From contig BDIP01000016.1 in assembly GCA_003568945.1 (NCBI GenBank), forward strand, positions 1-46,807: a stretch of 46,807 nt of DNA. The letters run 5' to 3'. A program made the translations under genes and the position numbers. This document shows positions 13,137 to 25,746 of the stretch, in pieces. The notes below the pieces were generated by a model. It ran no database searches. It saw nothing but the letters and a program-made list of their open reading frames with translations, and was not told the origin of the DNA. This DNA comes from Kipferlia bialata. Its lineage: Eukaryota. Every line of letters starts with the position of its first letter. Positions within the stretch are counted from its first letter, which is position 1.

Positions 13137-14362
13137 TTACTCCGCCCTCTTGGGATGAGTGGACCAGTGGATCAAGCACATCTCACTTGGAATCTCATAG
13201 GACAGGATCGAGTTGTCCCCAAAGGCACACATCTCTCTGTTCCTGTCCCAGTGTAGAATGGGGGCAGATACCCACTTGTCACTGACAGGACAGTACTCCA
13301 TCATGTCACCGTAGCAGTCCTTGCCAATCAGCCTTCTGCCAAGGGTAACCAGACTTCTGACTCCAGAATCCCCAAGAGACAAGCCTTCAACTCACACACC
13401 CTGACTAGGGTTGTACGACATGAGGTGTTGTGGGTACCGTCCAACTGGGTCTGACTGTGTGCCGTACATGTTGATTCTAGCATGGTGTCCAATGACATGT
13501 CCCACTCCTGCTACAGATGCAGTGGTAGTGACACGCACAGTGGGGTCACAGGGTAGGCGGGTCCATTGGTCAGTATCAGGGTGGAAGCTGGGTGTCAGAA
13601 TCAGTTGACTGTGTATACACATCACATGTAGGCTGTGAATGATCTGTGTCATATATAGCTGTATGATATCGCGGTCTGGGTGGTCAAACACTGTATATAA
13701 CACTGAGTGGGAGAATACGAGTTACCTGTGAAACTCTGTGCACCACTGACAGTCACTCTCCGCACACATGCTGAGGTCAACAACACCAGCCTTCTTGTCG
13801 CCCATAGAGGGCGTAGAAGTGATGACATACATGGTCTCCTCGATAGCAAAGGCACTCACTCTGATGGCCCAGAAAGGGGGACATAGGCCTTCATTCTGAG
13901 AGGTATACCCAGTGAACTCTCTCTCTCCACTTGGGAACCTCTGTCCCTTCCTGACCTCCTGCCACTCGAGTGTGTCAAGAGACATGCTGAACAGTCTGAA
14001 TACACTGGAGGATGGTGTCTGCCCATCACGTGCCACAGGTGCACTGTCTGCAGGAACAATAGCACTAGATCGAGTGAAGTCAGGCACCAGTGCAAACACG
14101 TAGAGTCTCCCCTCAATGACACATGATCCCCTGGGTCCCTCGCACTCTAGCTCTCTAGGACACTCCAGTCTGTCAAAGAGCAGACCCTGCTCAGAGTGAG
14201 ACACAATGTAGCACCAACCTGGCACTGTGTCCAGGTGCTCTGGCTGCTTGCCTGGGTACTTGAACCCCACAGCCAGGTTGTCACCTATGTTGACTATGTC
14301 AGATAGGCAAGGGTGACCGCCCTTTACTCTGTAGCCAGGGTGCTTTCCCTGTGCCTTGGGTA
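13137..14362 (-). other. Divergent Kelch-like beta-propeller region of the minus-strand gene
   Basis: GSCVIEGRLYVF, FSMSLDTLEWQEV, AFAIEETMYVI, SFHPDTDQWTRLP, SYNPSQGV*VE, EYCPVSDKWVS. An intron at ~13724-13589 joins two ORFs in phase. Confidence 0.65.
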
Positions 14363-17300
14363 CTAGGGTAGGGGGAAGGACACACACTGGATCACGGAGG
14401 GTACCTGCTTTAGAGTCATTGATGGGCTGGGTGCCGAGATGGCGGCATGTTCCCCAACTGAAGGGTCAGGGGAGCACACACCGTATATATACCCATATAC
14501 GCTGCGTATGCAACATATACTCCAATAAAGCACGTACCGGAGACGCTTCAGGGACACCTTATCACCAGCAGTGTAGGTGAAGTCCAGGCGACACACGTAC
14601 TTGCCGACACTCGACTCCACTGCAAATGAGCACACACATATGAAATACGCATTCTTGACAGATTTTTCAAGCATATCCAGTATTGTAAACATGGGCAGTA
14701 GGTACATAGTACCACTTACCTGAGTTCTGGTTGTGCTGCCTCCATGAGCGGCCAGTGAAGAGGGACAGCTCTGTACAGAGCATATACACTGATGCATACT
14801 CTCTCTTGACCATCTGCCCATCCTCCCATAGGGAGAGTGGTAGATCCACCTCTGGCTCTACCTCCAGGGCATCTGTGGAGAAGCACTTCCTGACATGGTC
14901 ACTGAACTCAGTGGGACTCAGTCCCTGTGCCCAGTCTCTAAGGTACTCTGTGACTGTAGATGGGTCATCATAGTAGAGAGCCTTGAGTAACTGGGGCCGC
15001 TCCTTGTTGGGGTCTAGGTAGTGCACAAAGCTGTTGAGGGCCTCCGTCGCCTTATAGTTGTCGGGTTTGTAGCTGTCCAACACCTAGCAATGAGTCAACC
15101 ATAGCGTCGTCAGTCTAGTCTGTAATCATAGTGTGACTGGTTACCAATTATGCTAGATACTAACTGTAGCACCTGTAGGAATGCATCTCTTGACATGGAT
15201 GCCAATTGTACATTCCTTACACAGGGCACCACTTGACCACCGAGAATATAGACCTCAGACATCAGCAGAACCTCCCTGTGACACAGTGTGCATGGGGGGC
15301 TGTACTGCCCATATCTCGCAGGATCAAAGTGAACTGGCTGTAAGACACAAAAGAATGGGAACAGCAGTGTCTCTATGTGTTGTGGATGGTTAAGGACACT
15401 AGAGTTTGTTGATATGTCATACTGTACCTGGTCCCGTGGGGCCGGACTCTCTCTGCCCCCCGTCTGTATCAGAGCTAGACTCAGATGTTCTAGGCTCTGA
15501 CTCTGACTCACCACTGCTAGAACTAGACTGCTCTCCGTCCCCAACCGTAGTGTCACAGCTCTCGCTCTCTGAACCCTTGTCAGCCATGCCCGGACTGAGC
15601 GATACTGCTACATTGCTAGATGCCATAACTTCCACTGCCGTAACAGCAGCATTGATTACCGGGGGAGTAACGCTACTGACCGGTACTGTTGGAGCACCTG
15701 TGCCATCAAGGAACCAAGCAGGCACACCGGCATACATGGCTGCGTCTCTGAGCCCACCCATCAGCATCGCCTTCATCTGCTGATCGAAGGACACTTCTTG
15801 TCTGGGGCCTTCTCTGGGTAGTGTCTTCCACATGTTACAGCACACCAGGGAGAGAGAGTTGGCATTCACGGGGTGGTGTGTGGTGCTGAAGGTTAGGTAC
15901 ATAACATAAGGAACACTATACAGTGGGTGGGGTATGTATAGTATGTCATTCATAGTCCCGACCTCTCTTCCTCGTATATGACAACGAATGGCTGTACTCT
16001 ACCAGTGTGGACATCAGCACTCAGTTCCTAAGGTAAGATCACAGGTGCACCCACTAGCAGACACAGAGAGAGGAGGAATAGAGACAAGACACACACTGTA
16101 TGTACACCTGCACTAGAGACTGCATCCCTGGCTGCACCATGCTGTTGCCCTGGAGGTAGAAGCGCTTCACTGTGGTGAGTGTGTGTACACAGCATGTATA
16201 CAAGAGAATAACTATCGCAACAACCAGGGTAGAAGAAGTATATATAGGTGATATATCAATCAGAAATGAACGTACCATTGGGAAAGCACCTGTGTAGCGA
16301 TGCCAGTCTCCTTTGACTGAATCCAAGCGTAGTAATTGAATTGCCAGACAGGTCAATGTCTGAGACATCGTCAAAGAGACCAGGCTGGGAGTGAGGGGTA
16401 GAGGTAAGGTAGAAGACGCAGTGAATGTACTGATCACATACTCTGTGACAGAGAGCTGACCAAATACTCTACTATATTGCCACACCTGCCCCTTAACCAC
16501 TGACTCCACATGTGCCACCAGAGCTGCAAACCCCTCTGCTCTCAGTGGGTTTGAGAGAGACTTAAGGGACAGCCTCTCCCGCAGGCCCCTTCTAGTCATG
16601 TGGTCACACATGTACCCAATGTTGTCGAGTAGGGGACCAACCGGGTTGAATCTGTCTGCCCTCTGTTCTTGGCACTTCTGTATACATGCATCTATCCTAG
16701 ACCTCCACTCTAGACCTGGTCCGTCGTCGGGCGAACCCTCACTCGGGTAGAATACCCTCAGGTTCTCATTGTCACGGACAGGCTGGGGGGCGATCCTGTA
16801 CCTGCGCGTAAGATTCAGTCGCATATACTACAATATGCCAGTATAGTACAAGGATTGGCTACATACTGAAAAGGAATGCACATGTTGTTACTTCATAGTA
16901 GTGACTACAGTATCGCAACATTGTGCCCCTGTACCTGTCCATAGAAACATGGGAGGCATGGTCACCGGCTGCCTGGAGCCGAGATCTAGAGGTCAGTTGG
17001 GTAAAGTGATGGAAATATAGGAGTATGGGTACTGCCATGTATATGTGTATACGTGTATATGTGTAAGTACCTGATGTATGGGCAGTGATCCCCAGTGTGC
17101 GTGAGGTAGTCTCTGTCCATTGCCTTCAAGCCCTGGTACAGTCGGGAGGCATACGCATGACGCTGGGGTCAGCAAATGAAGTACCTATGTGCATAACCCT
17201 AGGATATATATGATGTATATGTGTACACCATAACTTACCAGGTCCATCCTCTCTGGACACATTAGGGTTGTGTCATCTGGCAGACTTGGTGTGTACCCGT

Positions 17301-17525
17301 GCCAGTCGGGACTGTAAAGCAACACCAACCCCTCCTGCCACGTGTCATGGTCTGTGTCTGGGGATAGGACATACTCTATCAGGCCATCAAGACGGGTGAC
17401 CTCGGCATTGAGTCTGGAGAGATGGTCCAGGGCCTAAATGGTCAGAATACTGGATATACAGGTATGCGTATGACTAAGTATTCATCTAGTCTGAAAGAGA
17501 TATAACATTAGCAGACATCTCTCAC

Positions 17526-20114
17526 CATCTGAGCCTTTATGCCGTCTATCCTTCTTAGCAGCTGGGCGCAGGTGGGTCTCAGAGGACTGAGGGAGGGATC
17601 AGCCTGCAGTGAGAAACCCCACTACCACATATGAAGTAGCATTCCCTCTCACCTATAAGCTGTGATTTACAAAATTGTTTATCTCCAACATCAATTTCTC
17701 CAATACCTCATACCTGCAGCATATCGTTCACCATGTCGGGCAGTCCCTTGATACCAGTATGGTCAGTGGTGACAGTCCTATGGTTACACACTTCAGTATG
17801 TACTGTATACCATTATATACATTGTAACGCTTGGGTAGATAATGTGGAAGTACAATACACTACTGGTCAGGATGTGTGCAACGGTTAGCAGCTAGGGAAT
17901 ACTAATTACATATAACAGTACTCAATAGCGCAAATCTCTTGCACATACCCGCAGTCGTTACATATTCTCTCCTTCAGCTCTGCCACAGATGTGATGTCAC
18001 CCAGTACCCACTCGTCCATAAGCATCTGGGGGTGAGAATGGATATACAGGAGAACATAGCATATGCACTTCTGAGAGTCCGATAGTATTTTACAACGACA
18101 GTTGAAGTACACGAATTCATCCACACTGGGCGTGATTAGTGTAGTACGTGTGTTCTCTGTATTTACGCCCTTACCTGTGAGAACACAAGACCCATCGACC
18201 AGACATCGCTGGGCAGACCGTAGTAGGGGGTCCAACACTGAGTGTCAGAGGAATAAGATAGCAATATAATGTTTGTAGACATGGATAGAGAAACCATTCA
18301 CATCTAGGACTATATTCATATGCTAGGGAACTAGGTCCCACACTGAGTGCCAGAGAGAGGAAGAGTACATTGCTGGCTGTCGGTATTGTTACACAATCTT
18401 CCCATATATATGTGTGTGCTAGTGAATACTGACTAATGACCTCCGGTGCGTAGTACAGCAATATTGACTGAGAATATTCACATTATTGTACATATGCATA
18501 GGTATGTATATACCAACACATTGCTGGTATTAGATACAAATACATGCCACTGACCTCCGGTGCATTGTACAGCAGTGCCCCAGGGGCACAGTTGTAACTA
18601 CCATTCAGGGTGGGGTACAGGTCCTGGGGTGAGAATTATTGAGAATCATTGAGAACTCAACATGTACAGCACGGTTAAGTACAAGTGTCACTCCCAGATA
18701 TGTATATGTATATGAACATACCTCTTCTTCCTCCTCCTCTGTGGTGTCTGCACAGCTGGCGTCCGAATCACTACTATCCTCCATACTACCCTCTGACCCC
18801 TCTCCTATGTCTGGCACCTCTCTGGCCAGGCCCAGATCCAGCCAGGTGGCCTGGGTTAAGACACATAATATACAAATTCACCTCAAATTTAGCCAAGGCT
18901 ATACATTTACTGTACCATAGATACTATAAGAATTGGTGAAGTCGTAACTTCACTATACCTTTATGTTGCAATGATAAGAATGAGTTGTATGTGTTGCTAC
19001 TAATCGAACTTTACCTGTGTGTAGGGTGGGACTCTGGGCAGTTCTTCTCCCAGCTGGGGTGAGTACTGGCCAGAAGGATGATGTATTTTATGCATAGTAT
19101 GCATTAAGAGATATATCATTGTTATCCTTGTGAGGGAATGATAACGGGACACCAACCTGTGTTGCCAGTTGTGGCCTCATGTCGTTGGCAGGCAGGGTAT
19201 GCACCATGATGTTGTCGGGCTGGGGTTAGCAGGTGTAACAATTTGTGAATACCTGTGTGAGTAATATTATTATGGTATACTATTACCAGTATACACTCTC
19301 ATATAATGCTCCTTGACATATACCCCTATAGTGTGCTGACTATATACTATTGATACACAGTCACAGTGATAACACAAAGTATACTAGTATACTAGTATAC
19401 TAGTATACTCTCCATACCTTGATGTCTCTGTGCATGATGCCTGCACTGTGCAGGTCAGACAGACCCCGGATGGCCTAGGGGTCAGAGAGTCAATCAAAAT
19501 AGCAGGACAGAATACATAATATGATACTAATTTGCATCTCAGACTGAATCTCTATGTACATAGTGAAAACCCAATCATAGGTTTGACTGCTGAATGTTAA
19601 TAATTACTGCCTCCGTAATAAATGTATACATGTATATATATACTAGATTCTCCATTACCTGCTCCATTATGGACAGTGTGTGTGGTATGGCCCTGCCCTC
19701 CCCGACATGGGTGAGGATCAGGTGCTCGAGGGTGTGGCCTAGGTATCAGATACCCAGAATATATAGTATTTAGGGTGTTGAGTATATAGTGTGTATATTG
19801 TATGGCTGCAGATCAGGTGCTCGAGGGTGTGGCCTAGGTGTTAGACATAGGACTGGCTGAGACAGCAGAGCATAACGATGATTGAAAATGGAATACAGTT
19901 AAGTACACACATACCATATCCACTGTCTCTGGTCACATCCATCCAGTCTGTGGATAGATTAGTAGTGTGTAACGCATAGTATACATAATTGCACAGACAG
20001 CATATCAAGTGCTTACCCTCTATGTAGTCTGTCACTACAACCAGCCAGTCTGTGAATGGGTTGTGAAAGAGGTGATTGTACTCAGAGGGACGCTGCCACA
20101 GAGGTTCAGGGTAT
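17526..20114 (-). other. Ser/Thr protein kinase domain exons (subdomains V-XI) of the minus-strand gene
   Basis: HRDIK|PDN (exon 19474-19418 and the next one), DLG, APE, DVWSMG and the subdomain XI Arg (LRPTC). Confidence 0.9.
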
Positions 20115-20723
20115 CTGGGGTGTTAAGATATATACATCACATGTGTAGGTCAATATCCCCTCATGGAAGAGATACTCCTTTCATTGATTGACAGTGGAAT
20201 CCACTGTCAATCAACATAGAGTGTCTATATGAATGGTGTATGTACGTACACTGTGATAATCACTATATATATGTCTAGCATCCCGTCACTATCTGAGTTG
20301 ATATACATATATATTATATGCGAATAGTGTATAGTATTATACATATACACATGGTGAATATCACAATACAATAGGTATTCCATACCTCTCTCCACTGTCT
20401 GAGTTGATGAATGCACGTAGAGAGTCTGTACTGGTGTGAGGTGTCATAGAGACATATACACTGTATCATATTACACACTATGTTCTGACGAGGTGCATCT
20501 CTAAAGACCATTCGGAAGGTAGGGCGATGGAATGAGTAGGTGGACACAGTACCTTGCGTCATGTTGGTCCAGGTCTGCCTCCACGGACCTAGGGTGAGCG
20601 TGTATACATGTATGTGTACGGCACAAAAGGATAATTTGTATAGAGCATCCATATACTGAGAGGGAGACAGAGAGAGTTTCCACGCATCTGTTGTCAGTGT
20701 CGCACAAGGGGAGTGAGAAGGTC

Positions 20724-20790
20724 TCTCTATATATTTTTTATATATAGAGAGAGGGGGGGGAGGGGGGGGGGGGGGGGACTCCCCCCCCCA
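20724..20790. other. Low-complexity G/C homopolymer junction between two head-to-head, 5'-incomplete genes
   Basis: A TA-rich hairpin (tctctatata...tatatagaga), then poly-G and poly-C. Neither flanking gene shows a convincing start exon. Confidence 0.55.
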
Positions 20791-20968
20791 TGAATGGGGG
20801 CCCTAGGGACCCATTGCATATACCTACGTGATAAAGTAATATGTGTGTATGTCTTGACGCCAGGCTCATATCCCTTTGCTATATATATCTCCCTCTCATA
20901 TATATAGTGTGTGTTCGTGTGCGTGTGTTGTGTGGGTAAAGACGATATGCATCTGATCCTCACCCCAG

Positions 20969-23900
20969 GCCCAAGACCCTGGCCACCCGTCTCTACTGTC
21001 TGTTCAGTACGATGCCCCACTCTCCTCTCTCTCTCTCTCCCTGGCTCAGAGAGAGAGAGTGGATACAGTAATCCTCCCCTCTATCTATCCTGGGGTGGAG
21101 GGAGAGAGAGAGGTGGTGGGGTATGTAGTCAAGGGCAGTGTCCTCTCCTACTCCTACTCTCTCTCCCCCACCTCCTACCCTGTTGGCCTGACAGTCCCTC
21201 TGACTGTCACGGTGACAGAGGAAGGGGAGGGGGAGGGGGTGCAGAGCACAGAGGCACTCACACTCACTCTCAATGGCAGTGCGTACACACTGGGGTGGAG
21301 TGAGGATACATCCTCATACTCTGCTCAGGTACGCAATGCTACACACACTACACATATATAGAATATTCGTCATCCTATACTATATACTATGTTTCAATAT
21401 GTATATGGTGGTATGTGTAAATATTTAGTATACTTTACATAACACCAGTATATACTTATATACATTTACATATATATATGTGTGTGTGTGTGTGAATGTA
21501 TGTATCTGCCGCTCACCCTAGGTTGTGGTCAGGGATGCCTGTACAGCCAGTGTGACTGGTGCCGTGAGCGGGACTGTCCTGCTCCAGGAGACCCTCACCA
21601 CATACACGCCCTTCACACACATCACACAGCTCTCCAGGTATATATATGTAGGTATATGTATATGATACTGATACTTACAACCAGGGACGACGGGGCCTCA
21701 GACGACTACTATGCGGGATACACCGCAGTGTATGGAGACTGGGCCATGATATCAGCATTCGGGAGGGGGACAGGCAACACCGGGGCGTGCTATGTCTACC
21801 ACTCAGTCGATGGTGTGTGGGAATACACTCAGACATTGGAGTCTGAGACACCTTCATCCAACAACTCATTTGGGGCTGATCTAGGTATATATAGTGGATA
21901 TAATATGTATATCTTGTAGCTGTACTGTGGGTTTGTACCTTGGAGTTAATATTCTTAGACCTATGCCCCTATCATTGTATGTTGACTGATACTGGTACTC
22001 ACTTCTAGCTATGGGCGACGGCTGGGCTGCCATAGGGTCCTACTATGCGGGAAACGGGGTGGGATTCGTTGACATGTATAGCCTGGATACTGAGACTGGG
22101 ACCTGGGCCAAGACAGAGCGTCTAGCGTCTGACACAGGTATGAGTACATTTCATAGTATGTATATTCGGATACAGAGTGTGATTATGGGACATATGCTCG
22201 TGGCTCTACTACTTGTGTGAACGTACGTACGGGTGCATGGTTATATAGCGACATCAATCATGACATACCCTCTCTCACAGCCAGGCAGGGTCTTTGGTAC
22301 ATCCATTGCCATCAGTGGCACATCACTGGCCATCGGTGCTGGCTATGAGGACGACGGTGCGGTGTATGTATACACGCTGGAGGAGGGGGTGGGGGGCACC
22401 CTCTCATGGGAGCTGCAGCAGAGGCTGAAGCCCGCCGTCTATATCGACGACAGTGTCAGTTTCGGGGTTGCCGTGGCGCTAGATGGAGATAGGCTGGCGG
22501 TGGGCACGTGGGACAGTCCAGGTCTGGTGTATATCTTTGACAGAGTAGGCACTACTTGGACCCAGACCTATCTGATCGAGTCCAACTGGCACTTTGGTAG
22601 GACAGTGGCCTTGAGTGGAGACACCTTGGTGGTCTGGCAGGAGGACAGATATGTCTTTGTGTACACCAAGGTTGGGGACGACTGGGTTGCCCAGCAGACG
22701 CTCATTGGGGTGACCAATGGATCGCATTTCGGTAGGGCTCTCTCCCTGGTTGGTTCCACCCTCGTAGTAGGTGCCTCGGCCGAGAACTCCGGCACTGGTG
22801 CTGTGTACGTGTATCAGGAGCAGGATGGGGTGTGGGAGGTGGTGTACCAGATGGACGGCACTGCCTCAGGTGCCTCGCTCGGGTACTCCGTCTCTCTCTC
22901 AGGCAGTACCCTGGTAGTGGGTGCAAGGGGGTGGGACGGTAACATCGGGGCAGCCCTGATCCTGGACTCTGTGTACGAGCCCTCTGCCCCCCAGGAGCTA
23001 CTGATAGGGACCACAGCTGTTAAGGTGTCAATGTCTGATCTAGAGGAGCCCGGGATGGCTGTGTCTCTCTCCCTAGACTCCACTACCTACTCCCTAGACT
23101 GGCAGGGGGAGACTGGCACGTACTACCTAGACTCATCCACTGTACTTGTGGATGACACCTCTGTAGAGGCTAGCATCCACTACACCCCTGTACCCGAGTG
23201 CTCTCTCATTGAGTATGTCTCCGTTCCTGTCTCTCTAGAGTATGGACCAGTGGTGGATGTCTACTGCCCCCCTGTCGATGTCTCAGAGACAACCCTCAGT
23301 GTATACCTCTACAACAGCCTAGGTGCCTCCATTATAGAGGCAGAGAGAGAGGTACTGGTGCAGTACGATGACTCTGGGGTGGATATACAGGGGGTCTGGG
23401 ACACGGATGCTGGAGTGATCAGTACCGCCCTCCCAGCAGCTGGTCTGCATGCTCTACACGTATACGTAGACGGGGATGTCTTCTCAGTTCCTGCCTCAGT
23501 GTATGATGCAGCCTCTCTCCCCACTGGAGCCTCTGCTGATGTGTCACCACTATACCTCCCTGTCTCTATCCCCACCACCGTCTCTATCACAGTACTGGAT
23601 GCAGAGGGGGGGGTGGTGGGGGGTGATACCCCCTCTGTGTCCATCACAGTAGGGGGAGTGGTGATACCCGCTGGCTGGGATCAGGACACGTACACACACA
23701 CAGCCTCTGTCACTCTCTCCCAGACCGGCACAGCAGAGGTCAAGGTCGGGGATTCAGTGGTGCAGGAAGTGGGGTTATACGTGGATGTGGCAAGTTTCAC
23801 TGTGGACAACACCTTTATCGGGGGTTCGGACATTCCCGTAGGGTTCCATATCTACGACCACGATGATATTCATAGGCTGGACTCTAGGTGACTTTCGTCT

Positions 23901-25707
23901 CTTTATCTTTAGTTATGACTATTCTTGTTCCCTTTTAGCTGTTTGGCTCTGTCTGTATGACACTGATGCTGATACTGAGTGTCTCTCACTGTCAGTCGTG
24001 CAGGCGCCTTCGAGCTGTGGCTAAACTCTAAGGGACAGTCGAGTGCTGTCACATCTACATACGACACTGACACTGCGTCTGACCCCCCGTGCCCAGAGTA
24101 CAGGGTGCTGCTGGATGTATCTACACTCTCGGCAGGTAGACCGCTACTCATATATTTGTATTTATATTCTGTATATATAGTGTATCTATTCATATATACA
24201 TGTATCTTGCTGGATGTATCAACACTATCCCAGGTCACTCTACTATGCTATATATGTGTGTGAGAGTGTAGCTACAGGCATTCAATGTATGGTGTCAGGA
24301 ATGTGTATAGGTGCCACATAGTCTCAGAGTACAGTCATATCGACTCATTGTCAGGCATTCACGATGTTAGTCTTTTGACTGACAGTGGCAACATCTTGTC
24401 CAGCACTGTAACTGTGGCTGGGACTCCCGATGGAGTCAGTGTAAGGTGTGAATCCACTAATTCTTAGTGAATTCTCATGGATGTATATCTCACCTCCAGT
24501 GGCAGTCTCGTCACCACAGTAGTGGCAGGGGTAGACGCCTCACTTACCCTGACAGTCACTGGGGACGGTGTACCCATCCACACCCCTCTGTCTCTGTCTG
24601 TACTAGTAGAGGGAGAGGCAGACACACCTGACGCATGTGTCTTCAACCGGAGCGACGCATTTTCATACACTTGCCCGGGTACATGTTGTATGGTGATCAA
24701 TGAATTGAATATATATTGTTCTTTCACAACCCCGTCTAACCGCCAGTTGGTGCAACCACAGCTGGCTCCACATCCTACACGATCACGGCATCGTACGGCA
24801 GTGAGTCAGAGACGGTGTATACCTCGGCACTCACTGTCTCCATCGCACCCTACTCCTTCGACTATACCTCTCAGTTCTATCAGACCGACCAGGCCGGGGT
24901 CGCTACCGTCCACCCTCAATGGACGTATGGCATCCCAGTATACGAGTCCTTTGGATGTGAAATGAGGGCATTTGACGCATTCGGAAACGAGTTCAGTTCT
25001 GCTCCAAGTGGCGTCACAGTGTCTGTAGAGTATGGGGGATCGGAAGGGAGTCAGACAGGTAGAGACCACTCAGATGATATATATGTGTGTGTGTGTATGT
25101 GTGTGTGTATATATATAATTGTGGGGAGAGTCAGACAGGTAGGGAGAGACTACACAGGTATACTCATATTTAGACGTTATGTCTATATATATCCATATAT
25201 ATATACATGTATTAGTCTGTATATATATATATATATCTATATATAATGGCTGCATTCTTTGGATCAGGATATGTGACTCTATCACACTTTGTCTGTATCT
25301 CTGCATATACCCACCTCAGTCAATGCCGACTGGGACACCGATAGTCAGGCCTTCTCCACTGCTGCACTACTCTCTGAGGCCACTCCTGGGGTGTACAGCG
25401 TGACATTCTCTGTCACTCAAGGAGGGACCACCGATACACTGCAGCTGAGCACTGAGGTATTACCACTCTTCTATTCTAGGTTTCGTACCTAGTCGTCAGT
25501 GACTCTGAATATCCTTGAGACCCACTCACCTCAGATAGTACATGCCGCCCCCAGCACTACCCTGACCTCCATAGATATAGCAGAGGGGGTACTAGCAGGC
25601 ACCAGCCGTACCCTGACTGTGACCCCTGTGGATGGGTATGGACATGCGGTGACAGACATGAGGGTGCAAGCATCCTGGCACAGCAAGGTGGGACCATGTA
25701 TCTCTTA

Positions 25708-25746
<39 letters not shown>

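Larger units (their letters stand above)
13137..20588 (-). pseudogene. Multi-exon kinase (C-lobe) + LRR + Ser/acidic linker + Kelch-like gene. 5'-truncated, with two apparent +1 frameshifts and an in-frame TGA
   Basis: Spliced exons read ...DWLVVVTDYIEG|HTLEHLIL...SIMEQ|AIRGLSDLHSAGIMHRDIK|PDNIMV...|ATWLDLGLARE...|..LLYNAPE|CWTPYYGLPSDVWSMGLVFSQ|...MLQ|ADPSLSPLRPTCAQLL. Then LRR-like DIDLSGNSITT / VKRFYLQGNSM, then Kelch-like blades. Lesions: ~16328, G6 run 15456-15461, TGA 13392-13394. No Gly-loop or VAxK exon is seen upstream. It could be a real gene with assembly errors. Confidence 0.65.

Noticed and set aside
19378..19408. (TAGTATAC)n and (TATACATATAC)n (~5490-5548) tandem repeats
   Set aside because: Ordinary intronic minisatellites.
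22233..23891. 552-aa ORF as a stand-alone or bacterial FG-GAP gene
   Set aside because: It is bounded by an acceptor (~22264) and a donor (23888) in phase with neighbouring exons, so it is one large exon.
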